Shown piece by piece: positions 41,502-53,524 of a stretch of 64,000 bases of DNA. The notes beneath the pieces are model-generated. The model had not been told where the DNA came from. It worked only from the letters and a program-made list of their open reading frames with translations, and made no database searches. The stretch comes from Macrostomum hystrix (lineage: Eukaryota; Animalia; Platyhelminthes), in NCBI GenBank assembly GCA_950097015.1, contig CATNEN010000008.1:3534001-3598000 (forward strand), given 5' to 3'. Numbering within the stretch: position 1 is the stretch's first letter; each line of letters starts with the position of its first letter. Made by a program: the position numbers and the translations under genes.

Positions 41502-43315
41502 TTTAGAGTCGAGTCTTCACACAAAAATATACAAAATAAAAAAAAACTGGAACTGTCGACGTAATATCTTTAGAAAAGATAACTCTGGCTTAGAAATTTG
41601 GTGTTCACTTTGCTAGCAGCTCTAACTAAGGCTAGAGAGAAACTGTGAATGCCGTCTAATATTACATTAACTTACTTCATCTGGTCGCCTTTTTCTTGGT
41701 CGTTCATTACTATTAGAATTATCGCAAACTCGCACACAAAAGAATACAACTTAAATATATATGCTGGAGAAAACATATGCTAAAAATTTATACTGGTTGA
41801 CTCGTGAAATTTGCCTAGTCTTGACGTAACCAGGATGAGATTTGTTTTTTTGCTTTGAAGTTCTTATTTCAAAACCACAAAATTGCTGACGGCATATTGG
41901 CACGACACTTATTTAAAGAGGCTTGTTTTATGAGCTAAATTAATTGTTTATTTTTTATAGTAATGATAATAACATAATTATATACTATTATAAGACACTA
42001 TAGGCTTCTATTTTGTAGTTTTTTAAGTTCTGTAGTGTCTGCAAACAATCTTGAAAGCTCAGTTATCTTAAAGGGTCGGCGTGATCATCTTACACTAAAC
42101 TCTTTTCTCTGTGGTTATACCCCAAATGAATGTGGCCTCACCATGGAAATTAAACTTAGGGACTGTGGTGCAAAAGCCAAATAGACTAGAGACAATATAG
42201 CCATGAGAATAAAAAGCCCCTAATTATTTTTTACCAGACTATTTATAACCCCTACAAAAGGCACCCAATTGAAAGAATATTTTGCTAGCAGCCAATTGGA
42301 GTTAGGTGGGGTAGAGCAGAGCAGATGCCTATTGTGACATTGTCACTGCAGGATGTAGTTTTAGCACCTTCAATATTCTATTATCAGAAACCAAAGGCAC
42401 AACTGGCACATTGCTGGCATGAACTGTTAAGCACAAAATTACTAGAACAAAGCATTTTTCACAATGACACATTGCCCTGGAACCTAACCAAATCCTAAGC
42501 TTATTTTCATATTGAACATTGCATCTGCACATATAGGCACATTGTATCAGTGCATTGATAAAATCACACCTTAAAGACAACATGAATTTTAGCAGTCTCT
42601 GAAGCTACAACAAAACTGATATAGAATCAGCACATTGCATTTATAATTCAGGACTTAATATTCCAAAAAAAATTATCATACTTTTTAACTTGCACAGTTT
42701 TGTAATATGTTATTAGAAGAAACTTTTGCACATTTTTTGTTTTATTAAATATTTGAAAAGGCATTGTCCATGAACAATACCAATGGCATGAAAATTGGCA
42801 AATTTTGGAATACTGAATACCGAATATGAATACCAAATATTCATTTTATCTCTACTAAATTCTTATATCTCGTTCCTATTGCTAATTTTCCCTTTTAAAT
42901 AGTTTTTCAACTATTAAGTTCTAGATTTCAGAGCTTAGCTAATGTAGTAAGTCAGTATTACAAAAAAATTCTGTTGGATAAGGTATTGAGACACTGCAGA
43001 TGCCATATGCAAATATATTTAGTATATGAATATTTAATTTCACGAGCACTCTTTGTTTAAATTTTCCATGTCCTAATGTACACTCATATCTTAATTACCA
43101 GTTCTCTGTCTAGTCAGCATATAACCACCTATAAAGTATTGTTTCCTATATTTTAGGTCTTTGCAATTGTTATTTGTGCTATTCTATTTACTCCTATTAT
43201 AAGCTATATGATGTATATTATTTAGTAGTGTAGTTAAGTTTATTAATGCCACTAGTTGGAATTGCTTATTTGGATTCCAAACAAACAATCCAATCCTGTT
43301 CAATATTCATTGCAG

Positions 43316-44533
43316 GCTGTGTCAGCACAGGTTCAAGCACTGCGAGTCAGCCAGCTGGAGGCTGATGAGCTAGATGAGGATATGGCTGCCCTCTTAGCTG
43401 ACCGAATCATGGATGCTTTAAATCAGATTTATCCTATTGTCTCAGAGTGGGCAGCGGAGCTCAGATTAATGTCGAGGCTATTTCTGTGTGGCACTTTGCT
43501 ATGCCATAATGTTGGCTCTGGTCCAGCTGCTACTTTTGGTGCAAAGCTCTATGGCATTGAACTGCTTGTGCCTCGAAAAAATGGCAACGTCAGCACAGCA
43601 GCTTCAAGCAGCCCCGCTGTTGGCTATTCCATCAGGCTGAAGTTCCTTGCCACCCTATGTCTGATTGGCTATGGTCGAGATCGCCTTTGGCAAAGGGTAG
43701 ATTATCTTTTTTCAGCTGTTTATTTATCCTCAGGTGTCAGGCAATGTCAGCTGTTAGTTATCCTCAGGTGTGTCAGGCAATGTCAGCTGTTAGTTATCCT
43801 CAGCTGTGTCAGGCAATGTCAGCTGTTAGTTATCCTCAGGTGTGTCAGGCAATGTCAGCTGTTAGTTATCCTCAGGTGTGTCAGGCAATGTCAGCTGTTA
43901 GTTATCCTCAGGTGTGTCAGGCAATGTCAGCTGTTAGTTATCCTCAGCTGTGTCAGGCAATGTCAGCTGTTAGTTATACTCAGGTGTGTCAGGCAATGTC
44001 AGCTGTTAACTTATCAATTAAACTAAAAACTCACCTGTTCTTAGAGTAGCAGCAGCAGCAGTGTGAAGACAGCTCTATCTGGCGCCCTTAGCCTGCTGGA
44101 ATTAATTAACCTGTTAGCGTTCCTTCGAAATGGCCGTCGGGTTAGCCTAGTTCACCGGTTGCTAGGTGCTCGCTGGGGCCACCCGCCGGGACCTCCGCGT
44201 CTTTACCAGCCGGCAGCATTCGCCTTTGTTGATCGCGAGCTTGTGTGGCACAGCTTCGCCGAGTTTGCCGACTCCGCCGCTGGCGCCCTCGCGGATGTCA
44301 GACGACTATTTCGCGGTCGCATTGACGCCCCTGCTGCTGATGATTGCGGCGACAGTCCGGGTGGATGTCGATTGTGCGGCCAGGAGGCCTACCTGCCCAC
44401 ACTGTGCAGCGACAGTTGCCGCTGCGGTCCCTGCTGCTACTTCTGCCTGGCTGCCCGACTGCCCTTCACCTGTCCAAGCTGCGAGGCTAGGGCTGATTCG
44501 TCTGACTCGCTGGTGTCAATGTGCGCGCGATAG
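43316..44533 (+). CDS. PEX2: Peroxisomal RING E3 ligase PEX2, 2 coding exons; no genomic ATG found
   Basis: Exons 43316-43696 and 44045-44533, phase 0. ALRVSQLEADELD, ATFGAKLYGI, ELINLLAFLRNG..SLVHRLLG, FVDRELVWHSFAEF and a C-terminal RING (CRLCG..PT..C..GPCCYFC..CPSC) match PEX2. Confidence 0.9.
43730..44010. repeat. 36-bp minisatellite in the PEX2 intron
   Basis: Unit TCCTCAGGTGTGTCAGGCAATGTCAGCTGTTAGTTA, about 8 copies. Confidence 0.95.
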
Positions 44534-44556
44534 GGTACTTAGCTGAATATTATTGA

Positions 44557-44795
44557 GTCACCTGGACTGGATAGCTTTCCCGAAAGAAAGGGAAACTCCA
44601 TGACCTCAATGCCGCGGCGAGGCCACATCCATTGTGGCGCACAGCCGCGTATAGAACAGCCGCTTGGGGCTTCTCGTGCGATTTACGCCAATAGGGTCCA
44701 AAGTACAAGGCACATTGGGTGTGTACACTGCAAGACAATGTAGAAGTCAGAGCAGATGTACACACCTGTAAGAGTGTGCCCAGTCCTGGTGGCGC
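44557..44795. mobile_element. Short structured element with terminal inverted repeats and near-perfect 9-bp TSD, sharing the SINE core (element C)
   Basis: Arms GTCACCTGGACTGG (44557-44570) and CCAGTCCTGGTGGC (44780-44793); flanks TATTATTGA (44548-44556) and TATTGTTGA (44796-44804); interior homologous to the SINE copy A body. Confidence 0.6.
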
Positions 44796-45299
44796 TATTG
44801 TTGACAGAACGAATAAATAAAATAGAAAACAATTTCTAAAAGAAAACAACTTGTCCAGCATTTCTCATCTTCGTAATATTTTATTGCAAAATACCAAGTG
44901 TTTCTGCAGTATTCTTGTTGTTTTTTTATTAAGTACTCTGTCTGTACTTGCTTGTTATAGAAATAAAAATAAATTGCAAGCCTGGAACTATTTAACTCTG
45001 GTATTACTTCGAGGCCCAAGACCTGTTTGATGCTAGTGCATTGTTCAGATTACGTAAATCGCTTACATATGTTTTCATATTGTGTTGCCTATTTGAGCAT
45101 CTTTTAAATTATTTACAGCCGTTAATTTTCTTCAGATTTTTTGTTGATTTTACTCATACAGAGAATGCAGCTTTCTTGTTTTTTTACCGCAGATTGACTT
45201 GGCTTAATGCCTTTTCTATATATGCAAATCTATGCATTGTTCGAATAAGCGAAGGGGGTTGAGTAGCTAGTCCTATATACTAATTCGGCATTTGATGTA

Positions 45300-45600
45300 G
45301 TGCTTCTAGCTTGAAGCCCAGTAGCCTGAGCTTCGGACCTCTAACCGATAGGTTTCGAGTTCGAATCTCAACCCAAGTGAAGTAATTTGAGTTCTAGAGC
45401 AGACACTTTGATTTCCTGGTGCATCGTTTCGCTAAACTGTAACATGGGTGCCAATATTTGCTGGGGTAGAGATTTCATAGGGTGTCGTGGGCTCCCCAGT
45501 ACACGACTAAAAATCTGCGCGTGGCCTTTAGAAGCACCGCGAAATAGCTGAGACTATCTGTAAGTCTGACCCCAACTTAGCTGTAGTTACTATTTATCTA
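45300..45600 (+). mobile_element. Probable degenerate tRNA-derived SINE (second family)
   Basis: TAGCCTGAG...TCGGACCTCTAACCGA...B box GTTCGAATC (45359-45367), head similar to the 29295 element; boundaries uncertain. Confidence 0.4.
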
Positions 45601-45716
45601 TCTATACACTTAATATTCTTCAGATATTCTACTCACTCTACTTATTTTAGCTTTTGTCAGTTGTCATTAGCGCATATCTCAACCAAATCTATTTCAGCTA
45701 TAGAAGAGCAACAACC

Positions 45717-45896
45717 ATGAAGCGGTACAAGTCCATCCCTAAGAAGCGCACTAGGCACGATCGCGAGGAGAAGAGACGTGACTTGGAGACCCTGCCCAAG
45801 CAGGTGGCGACTATTGTGCTGCCAACCTTGCTGGCCATTGTGCTGGTTATCGTGGTCTTTGTTTACTTTGCATCGCAACCGACTGCGGAAGCTTAA
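45717..45896 (+). CDS. SMCO4: Single-pass membrane and coiled-coil protein 4 (59 aa)
   Basis: MKRYKSIPKKRTRHDREEKRRDLETLPKQVATIVLPTLLAIVLVIVVFVYFASQP: basic N-terminus plus VLPTL..V.LIVVFVY transmembrane segment as in SMCO4; TTTCAG acceptor at 45692-45697. Confidence 0.85.
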   Translation: MKRYKSIPKKRTRHDREEKRRDLETLPKQVATIVLPTLLAIVLVIVVFVYFASQPTAEA

Positions 45897-46004
45897 TAGA
45901 ACGATGAGACTCGAGTATCTATAGTTCGCTTCATAATAGGTATCTTACAAAACCCTTAACCTGATATCCCAGTGCTCACAAAATACATTATGTGCTATAT
46001 TTTG

Positions 46005-46280
46005 GCCACTCAGATCCCCATTCTCCCAGATCTCTTTCAAGCTGAGATCCCCATTCTCCCAGATCTCTTTCAAGCTGAGATCCCCATTCTCCCAGATCTC
46101 TTTCAAGCTGAGATCCCCATTCTCCCAGATCTCTTTCAAGCTGAGATCCCCATTCTCCCAGATCTCTTTCAAGCTGAGATCCCCATTCTCCCAGATCTAT
46201 TTCAAGCTGAGATCCCCATTCTCCCAGATCTCTGTCAAGCTGAGATCCCCATTCTCCCAGATCTCTTTTAAGCTGAGATA
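46005..46280. repeat. 33-bp minisatellite (AGATCCCCATTCTCCCAGATCTCTTTCAAGCTG)
   Basis: About 8 copies. Confidence 0.95.
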
Positions 46281-46774
46281 GGTATCCTACTTAATATCTT
46301 CCCTGATCCTAATATAAAAGTGTGTGATTAAGAGTTATTTGCCGAATTTATTTAGGTAAAGCAGTACATTTACGCTTGCGCGATTGCATAATTTTTCATA
46401 AACAAACAGATCACTTCGTGCTTAATTTGGTGCAAATTCTTTCAATGAAATCTAGAAGTTCCGCTACTGTGTGAACCATGATTGTTGTTTTCATTTATTT
46501 TTTTATTCTCAACTGGTGTCATTTTTTATCCTTTACATGACAATATTCCTACTAGCCTACTCACTATTAGTAATCATTAGTGGAATCACTTTTCAGATTT
46601 CGCATACAATATTAATACGAAAAGTTTAACATTCGACTAACTTGCCTTCATAAATTAGTTATTTCTAATTTGTTCTGTTAAGAAACTGTTTTGTTTGTTG
46701 TTAAATATTCTTTTTGAGTAGTGTCTGTGCGCCTCCAAATTGTAAACCTGATATTCTTTCTCTGCATCAACATA

Positions 46775-48340
46775 GCAGTCTCCCTCTCACCCCATCCACC
46801 AGTCTCCCTCTCACCCCGTCCACCAGTCTCCATCTCACCCCATCCACCAGACTCCCTCTCACCCCATCCACCAGTCTCCCTCTCACCCTATCCACTAGTC
46901 TCCCTCTCACCCTATCCACCAGTCTCCCTCTCACCCCATCCACCAGTCTCCATCTCACCCCATCCACCAGTCTCCATCTCACCCCATCCACCAGTCTCCA
47001 TCTCACCCCATCCACCAGTCTCCCTCTCACCCTATCCACCAGTCTCCCTCTCACCCTATCCACCAGTCTCCCTCTCACCCCATCCACCAGTCTCCATCTC
47101 ACCCCATCCACCAGACTCCCTCTCACCCCATCCACCAGTCTCCCTCTCACCCCATCCACCAGTCTCCCTCTCACCCCATCCACCAGTCTCCCTCTCACCC
47201 CATCCACCAGTCTCCATCTCACCCCATCCACCAGACTCCCTCTCACCCCATCCACCAGTCTCCCTCTCACCCCATCCACCAGTCTCCCTCTCACCCCATC
47301 CACCAGTCTCCCTCTCACCCCATCCACCAGTCTCCCTCTCACCCCATCCACCAGACTCCCTCTCACCCCATCCACCAGTCTCCCTCTCACCCTATCCACT
47401 AGTCTCCCTCTCACCCTATCCACCAGTCTCCCTCTCACCCCATCCACCAGTCTCCCTCTCACCCCATCCACCAGTCTCCCTCTCACCCCATCCACCAGTC
47501 TCCCTCTCACCCTATCCACCAGTCTCCCTCTCACCCCATCCACCAGTCTCCATCTCACCCCATCCACCAGTCTCCCTCTCACCCCATCCACCAGACTCCC
47601 TCTCACCCCATCCACCAGTCTCCATCTCACCCCATCCACCAGTCTCCCTCTCACCCCATCCACCAGTCTCCATCTCACCCCATCCACCAGTCTCCCTCTC
47701 GCCCTATCCACTAGTCTCCCTCTCACCCCATCCACCAGTCTCCCTCTCACCCTATCCACTAGTCTCCCTCTCACCCTATCCACCAGTCTCCCTCTCACCC
47801 TATCCACCAGTCTCCCTCTCACCCCATCCACCAGTCTCCCTCTCACCCTATCCACCAGTCTCCCTCTCACCCCATCCACCAGTCTCCCTCTCACCCCATC
47901 CACCAGTCTCCCTCTCACCCCATCCACCAGTCTCCCTCTCACCCTATCCACCAGTCTCCCTCTCACCCCATCCACCAGTCTCCATCTCACCCCATCCACC
48001 AGTCTCCCTCTCACCCCATCCACCAGACTCCCTCTCACCCCATCCACCAGTCTCCATCTCACCCCATCCACCAGTCTCCATCTCACCCCATCCACCAGTC
48101 TCCCTCTCGCCCTATCCACTAGTCTCCCTCTCACCCCATCCACCAGTCTCCCTCTCACCCTATCCACTAGTCTCCCTCTCACCCTATCCACCAGTCTCCC
48201 TCTCACCCTATCCACCAGTCTCCCTCTCACCCCATCCACCAGTCTCCCTCTCACCCTATCCACCAGTCTCCCTCTCACCCCATCCACCAGTCTCCCTCTC
48301 ACCCCATCCAACAGTCTCCCTCTCGCCCCATCCACCAGTC
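46775..48340. repeat. 24-bp C-rich minisatellite (CCAGTCTCCCTCTCACCCCATCCA)
   Basis: About 65 copies; source of the three 520-555 aa low-complexity ORFs. Confidence 0.97.
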
Positions 48341-48989
48341 ATAAATAAAAATATAAATTTCATTTTAAGTTTAAAAAAAATTCTATGAAATATTAAGGTA
48401 AATCAAAAGTAAAAAATTGCTAGTTGTATTAGAGTTTAACATTTTTGTGTCTTTTTTCTAGTTTCTAACGACACTTTTTACGAGTTTTTCTGCATACTCG
48501 AAAAGATATTCGACTCACTTTTCATATATTAAAGAAAGTGTTTCAAGTCTCATATACTTTTTTTCAGCATTCCTTTTTAGAGTTCAGTGTTTTAGCGGTG
48601 TTCATTCCAAACTCTCAGTTGATTGAGAATGGGTGAGCTCTATTGATATTTGTTAAGTATATAATGATACTTAATGTTTTATTTTTTACACATTTTTAAC
48701 TGCGTTTGAGTCTCCTTTCTCTGTCTTTAACAATGGTGTTTTTAGTCTAAATAGCATGAACAAAATTACTATTTGTGTTTAGACTCTTTTGTATGCCGTG
48801 TCAAACACTATTTCCAACTTATTCTACTATATATATATATTATGTTACTTGAGTCATTAATTCTTCTTGCAGTCTTAGTCGCACTTTTCGCTGACTGTCG
48901 ACGGCATAGTTGGAGCTGGATCTAAACTTTTGGCTTGTTGGCATTTACGAGTATATTGTGTTCTTTATTTGAACCCGTTACTAATCATT

Positions 48990-50810
48990 CTAGTCCCAGA
49001 TCAGCAATCATCCTCAGGTACAAGTCACATATAATCCCAGATCCTCCAGTTGTAGTCACCCTCCCAGATCCTGAGGTTGCAGTCAGCACCCTCCCAGATC
49101 CTCAGGTTGCTGTCAGCACCCTCCCAGATCCTCAGGTTGCAGTCAGCACCCTCCCAGATCCTCAGGTTGCTGTCAGCACCCTCCCAGATCCTCAGGTTGC
49201 AGTCAGCACCCTCCCAGATCCTCAGGTTGCAGTCAGCACCCTCCCAGATCCTCAGGTTGCTGTCAGCACCCTCCCAGATCCTCAGGTTGCAGTCAGCACC
49301 CTCCCAGATCCTCAGGTTGCTGTCAGCACCCTCCCAGATCCTCAGGTTGCAGTCAGCACCCTCCCAGATCCTCAGGTTGCAGTCAGCACCCTCCCAGATC
49401 CTCAGGTTGCTGTCAGCACCCTCCCAGATCCTCAGGTTGCAGTCAGCACCCTCCCAGATCCTCAGGTTGCAGTCAGCACCCTCCCAGATCCTCAGGTTGC
49501 AGTCAGCACCCTCCCAGATCCTCAGGTTGCAGTCAGCACCCTCCCAGATCCTCAGGTTGCAGTCAGCACCCTCCCAGATCCTCAGGTTGCTGTCAGCACC
49601 CTCCCAGATCCTCAGGTTGCAGTCAGCACCCTCCCAGATCCTCAGGTTGCAGTCAGCACCCTCCCAGATCCGCAGGTTGCAGTCAGCACCCTCCCAGATC
49701 CTCAGGTTGCTGTCAGCACCCTCCCAGATCCTCAGGTTGCTGTCAGCACCCTCCCAGATCCTCAGGTTGCAGCCGACTTCCCAGATACTCAGGTTGCTAT
49801 CAGCACCCTCCCAGATCCTCAGGTTGCAGTCAGCACCCTCCCAGATCCTCAGGTTGCAGTCAGCACCCTCCCAGATCCTCAGGTTGCTGTCAGCACCCTC
49901 CCAGATCCTTAGGTTGCAGTCAGCACCCTCCCAGATCCTCAGGTTGCTGTCAGCACCCTCCCAGATCCTCCAGTTGTAGTCACCCTCCCAGATCCTGAGG
50001 TTGCAGTCAGCACCCTCCCAGATCCTCAGGTTGCTGTCAGCACCCTCCCAGATCCTCAGGTTGCAGTCAGCACCCTCCCAGATCCTCAGGTTGCAGTCAG
50101 CACCCTCCCAGATCCTCAGGTTGCAGTCAGCACACTCCCAGATCCACAGGTTGCTGTCAGCACCCTCCCAGATCCTCAGGTTGCTGTCAGCACCCTCCCA
50201 GATCCTCAGGTTGCAGTCGCCTTCCCAGATCCTCAGGTTGCTGTCACCCTCTTAGATCCCCAAGTTGCAGTCAGCACCCTCCCAGATCCTCAGGTTGCAG
50301 TCAGCACCCTCCCAGATCCTCAGGTTGCAGTCAGCACCCTCCCAGATCCCCAAGTTGCAGTCAGCACCCTCCCAGATCCCCAAGTTGCAGTCAGCACCCT
50401 CCCAGATCCCCAAGTTGCAGTCAGCACCCTCCCAGATCCTCAGGTTGCTGTCAGCACCCTCCCAGATTCTCAGGTTGCTGTCAGCACCCTCCCAGATCCT
50501 TAGGTTGCAGTCAGCACCCTCCCAGATTCTCAGGTTGCTGTCAGCACCCTCCCAGATCCTCAGGTTGCAGTCAGCACACTCCCAGATCCACAGGTTGCTG
50601 TCAGCACCCTCCCAGATCCTCAGGTTGCTGTCAGCACCCTCCCAGATCCTCAGGTTGCTGTCAGCACCCTCCCAGATCCTCAGGTTGCAGTCGCCTTCCC
50701 AGATCCTCAGGTTGCTGTCACCCTCTTAGATCCCCAAGTTGCAGTCAGCACCCTCCCAGATCCTCAGGTTGCAGTCAGCACCCTCCCAGATCCCCAAGTT
50801 GCAGTCAGCC
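48990..50810. repeat. 30-bp minisatellite (CCCTCCCAGATCCTCAGGTTGCAGTCAGCA)
   Basis: About 60 copies with internal block duplications. Confidence 0.97.
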
Positions 50811-51278
50811 CTATCGAACATTATCAGCTTTGATTCCAGCTAGCAAAAATGATATACTGTAAGCATTTTTTTAATTTGGGTTTTCGAGAAGAACCCGATC
50901 CAGTCGCAAGTGCATCCAGTCATGGCTATAATTAACGCACTAACTAGGTTACTTGTTCGGTTTACTTTTTTACAGAGACTCCTGAATTGCCAGTACATGT
51001 ACGTGTCGTTCTAACCTTCCCTTTTTTGTCAGGTTACGAGTAATTACGATCGTGCATTCTCCTAGGTCTAATAATATCGATTGCAACTGGCTTAGCTAGC
51101 ATGTGGTATGCGAAAATTGATGCCGCGGGATTCCCAGAGTATTGCCGCAAAAATTTCCGTATCTAATGTGTATATAAAGTCCGATGCATAAGTAACATTA
51201 ATAAGTAACTCAAGGTTTAACAATAAATAAACGAAAAGCCTTTAACTGCCTGCCAGTCCAGTCTACTCTTTATTCAAC

Positions 51279-52360
51279 ATGAGCGATTCTGTAGAGATAG
51301 ATCAGCAGAGACAGGCGTTTGTAGATTGCCCGGTGACTGAGACAGGTATCCCGCAGGCACCCGGTGCTACCTTGGCGAGTTGGCGGCAGCGCAGACTTTC
51401 AGCGCTGACTGTTGCTGCGCTTCTATTCGTTGCCATTTTCGCTCTGACAACGATGGCGCAGAGAAAGTCACCCGCTGAAGCGTCGCCGCGTCCCGCTGGC
51501 AAGGATTTCCGATTGCCGTCGGTGAGTGGCAAGAATGCTACACACTGAGAGTTTAATCTAAAAGGAGTGCACATTTTAATGCAACTCAAGTCGTGGGTAA
51601 AGCAGGCACTGAATGAGTACATTGCTCCAACTTGTCCGTATCTGTGCATGTGCGCAGTAGTTCTCAAATGGCTAAAAAGCTAGAAAGGTTTTTCTTTTTC
51701 AAAACCTATTCTTGGACAGAGGCAATACGGCCTGGACTTGTCGGGCAAGCTGTACTGCACAAGGGCCGAAAAAGTTAACTGCAGGAACGATGCCACAGGC
51801 TTCGTCACTAAGGGTAAGAGTGCCTCGACTGGGTGCTTTGGAGCAGTATAATTTGTCCACCGGGAAAAACACCCAGAAACCCAGGGAGAACCTTGGGGGG
51901 ATAATTCGCTAGTCTATATAACTAAAATCGACGCTGAAAATGTATCTAAATGATAACTTCCTAATAATCCAATTCTTAACAAACATCTCCCACAGGAACG
52001 AGAAATTTGGGTCCTCTTAAATGCGTCGGCTCGGACTGCTCAAAACCAATGCCTTTCCGTCTCGACCCGTTGGCTGGTCGAGTGTACATTCTTGAGGCCG
52101 GCACCTACCTAGTAAGAGTTCAGGTGGCGGTGAGACCTTTGAATGCGTCGAGTCTGCTGCAGCCAGTCTCCGTCGCGCTGACTGTGGAAGGTAGCAGTGT
52201 GGCGCAGTGCAAGTCGCTAGTCGACTGTTTCGTAGCTCCGGTGCTGCAACTCCGAGCTGGCCAGTGGCTGACTGTGGCTCTGTTCGAGCGAAACCTGGCG
52301 CTAAGCATTCATGCCACCCCCGACTCCACGGTTCTGCAGCTTACTCGAATTGGCGACTGA
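51279..52360 (+). CDS. Type II membrane TNF-superfamily ligand (EDA/Eiger-like), 3 exons, about 233 aa
   Basis: Exons 51279-51521, 51720-51813, 51996-52360, phase-consistent (0, 1). Cytoplasmic N-terminus, RQRR then hydrophobic LSALTVAALLFVAIFALTTMA; C-terminal FRLDPLAGRVYILEAGTYLVRVQV, VAQCK..DCFVAPVLQLRAGQWLTV and STVLQLTRIG parallel the EDA TNF homology domain as recalled. Confidence 0.78.
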
Positions 52361-52734
52361 CTCCATGCAGGCTTCGATGTAATTATTGCTGACTGCTTTC
52401 CCATGTTTGCCCAGCAGCGCTAATGCTCGTATTATCCTAGATAAGCTTGTATGTTTCTAAATTAGTCTGTGCTTGAAAGTGTCTCGGTTTTACAAAAAAA
52501 ATATTCCTAAACGATATTAATATTGTGCAATATAAAGTCAGGGTCTGTTTTTCATCAGGGAACAAACAGTAGCTCGTATTTGGTGCTCTCTACATTCCCT
52601 TCATTATTATTCAGTCTGCAGCATTGTATAAAATATATTTTCTATATTGAAAAACAAAGTTTTAAACAAAATACTGGTGCACTTTGTCTACCTTTTTAAT
52701 CTGCATATATTTTATTTCATTAAGTATTTCTGTT

Positions 52735-53485
52735 GGTACTGTTAGTATTAAGTTATCAGTTGGTACAGTCAGTATGTTCTCAGTTGGTACAGTCAGTATG
52801 TTCTCAGTTGGTACAGTCAGTATGTTCTCAGTTGGTACAGTCAGTATGTTCTCAGTTGGTACAGTCAGTATGTTCTCAGTTGGTACAGTCAGTATGTTCT
52901 CAGTTGGTACAGTCAGTATGTTCTCAGTTGGTACAGTTAGTATGTTCTCAGTTGGTACAGTTAGTATGTTCTCAGTTGGTACAGTCAGTATGTTCTCAGT
53001 TGGTACAGTTAGTATGTTCTCAGTTGGTACAGTTAGTATGTTCTCAGTTGGTACAGTCAGTATGTTCTCAGTTGGTACAGTCAGTATGTTCTCAGTTGGT
53101 ACAGTTAGTATGTTCTCAGTTGGTACAGTTAGTATGTTCTCAGTTGGTACAGTTAGTATGTTCTCAGTTGGTACAGTCAGTATGTTCTCAGTTGGTACAG
53201 TCAGTATGTTCTCAGTTGGTACAGTCAGTATGTTCTCAGTTGGTACAGTCAGTATGTTCTCAGTTGGTACAGTTAGTATGTTCTCAGTTGGTACAGTTAG
53301 TATGTTCTCAGTTGGTACAGTCAGTATGTTCTCAGTTGGTACAGTCAGTATGTTCTCAGTTGGTACAGTTAGTATGTTCTCAGTTGGTACAGTTAGTATG
53401 TTCTCAGTTGGTACAGTCAGTATGTTCTCAGTTGGTACAGTCAGTATGTTCTCAGTTGGTACAGTTTGTATGTTCTCAGTTGGCA
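52735..53485. repeat. 24-bp minisatellite between the convergent TNF-like and IFT27 genes (CAGTTGGTACAGTCAGTATGTTCT)
   Basis: About 31 copies with a C/T variant position. Confidence 0.97.
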
Positions 53486-53524
53486 CTTCAGTGGGTTCTT
53501 CGGTGATAAATATCTCTTGACAGC

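Noticed and set aside
44640-44720. HDV-like ribozyme (GC-TTCTCGT-GC resembles P3/L3) or twister/hammerhead in element C and the SINE core
   Set aside because: No G(G) after the candidate P1 3' strand for P1.1, only a 2-bp P3, and no complete hammerhead or twister core could be laid out by hand.
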